Shown: positions 63,504-64,000 of the stretch, one piece after another
Numbering within the stretch: position 1 is the first letter of the stretch
How the letters are laid out: every line of letters begins with the position of its first letter
Assembly (NCBI RefSeq): GCF_004010195.1
Contig: NC_057749.1
Coordinates: forward strand, 7,213,416-7,277,415
Direction of reading: 5' to 3'
DNA: 64,000 nucleotides
DNA from: Chiloscyllium plagiosum
Taxonomy: Eukaryota
The notes under the pieces: generated by a model
Databases searched by the model: none
What the model was told of the DNA's origin: nothing
What the model saw: the letters and a program-made list of their open reading frames with translations, nothing else
Made by a program: the position numbers and the translations under genes

Positions 63504-64000
63504 TTCCTCGAAAATGCATCTACACTGCCTGCCTCAACTACTCCACCATTTGCATTCTAACCTCTGCCTCAGTAAAGACATTTCTTCTGAATTCCCTACT
63601 TGCTTTTTACTTGATTTTTTTTAAGAATACCAGAACTGTTACCGTGCAGCAGTCCATTCAGTCCATTGTCTCTGCTACTTCATGTCAATCTCCTGCCTTT
63701 CACCCATACCTCTGCACACCATTTTGATTGAAATAATCATCCCATGCCTCTCTTAACTGTCTCAATTGAACATGCCTCCAGTGTGCATTTCCTGTCCTAA
63801 CTGGCACAGTGGGCTGGGGGTTGGCTTGTGAAGCAGTGTGATGCCAACAGCATGGGTTCAATTCCTACACTAGCTCAGACTGCCATGTAGGACACTCCTC
63901 CTTAACGTTTCCTGAGGTATGGTGACCCTCAGGCTAAACTCACCATCCTATTTACCAGCACTTGGCCATATCCCTTCCTATTTATATATCCATGCACATG

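Overview
Eukaryotic, repeat-dense, apparently non-coding (intronic or intergenic) DNA. The repeat set (HE1-type V-SINEs with (ATCTA)n tails, HER1/CR1 LINEs, DeuSINE/SacSINE1-like SINEs, Penelope-like elements) points to a cartilaginous fish, probably a shark; this is inference. I could not recognise any host protein-coding exon. Every interpretable ORF is a decayed transposon fragment (CR1 RT, CR1/L2-group LINE, Penelope GIY-YIG endonuclease, RTE RT, Tx1 ORF2 end). There is one assembly gap (5409-5824). The main structure is a large set of Penelope-like (PLE) insertions carrying minimal hammerhead-ribozyme motifs (CTGANGA-stem II-GAAA-short palindromic stem III). Many are fold-back palindromes with 8-17 bp target-site duplications (TSDs). 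Two PLE insertions contain a copy of local genomic DNA lying 0.7-1.4 kb away, joined at the ribozyme. A third local copy (inverted, ~160 bp) sits between 13-bp TSDs with no element sequence. Also present: two Gypsy-type solo LTRs, Tx1-like 3' ends stacked at one site, two Tc1/mariner-Tigger-like MITEs and candidate regulatory sites. Family names were assigned by eye; boundaries of old repeats are approximate.
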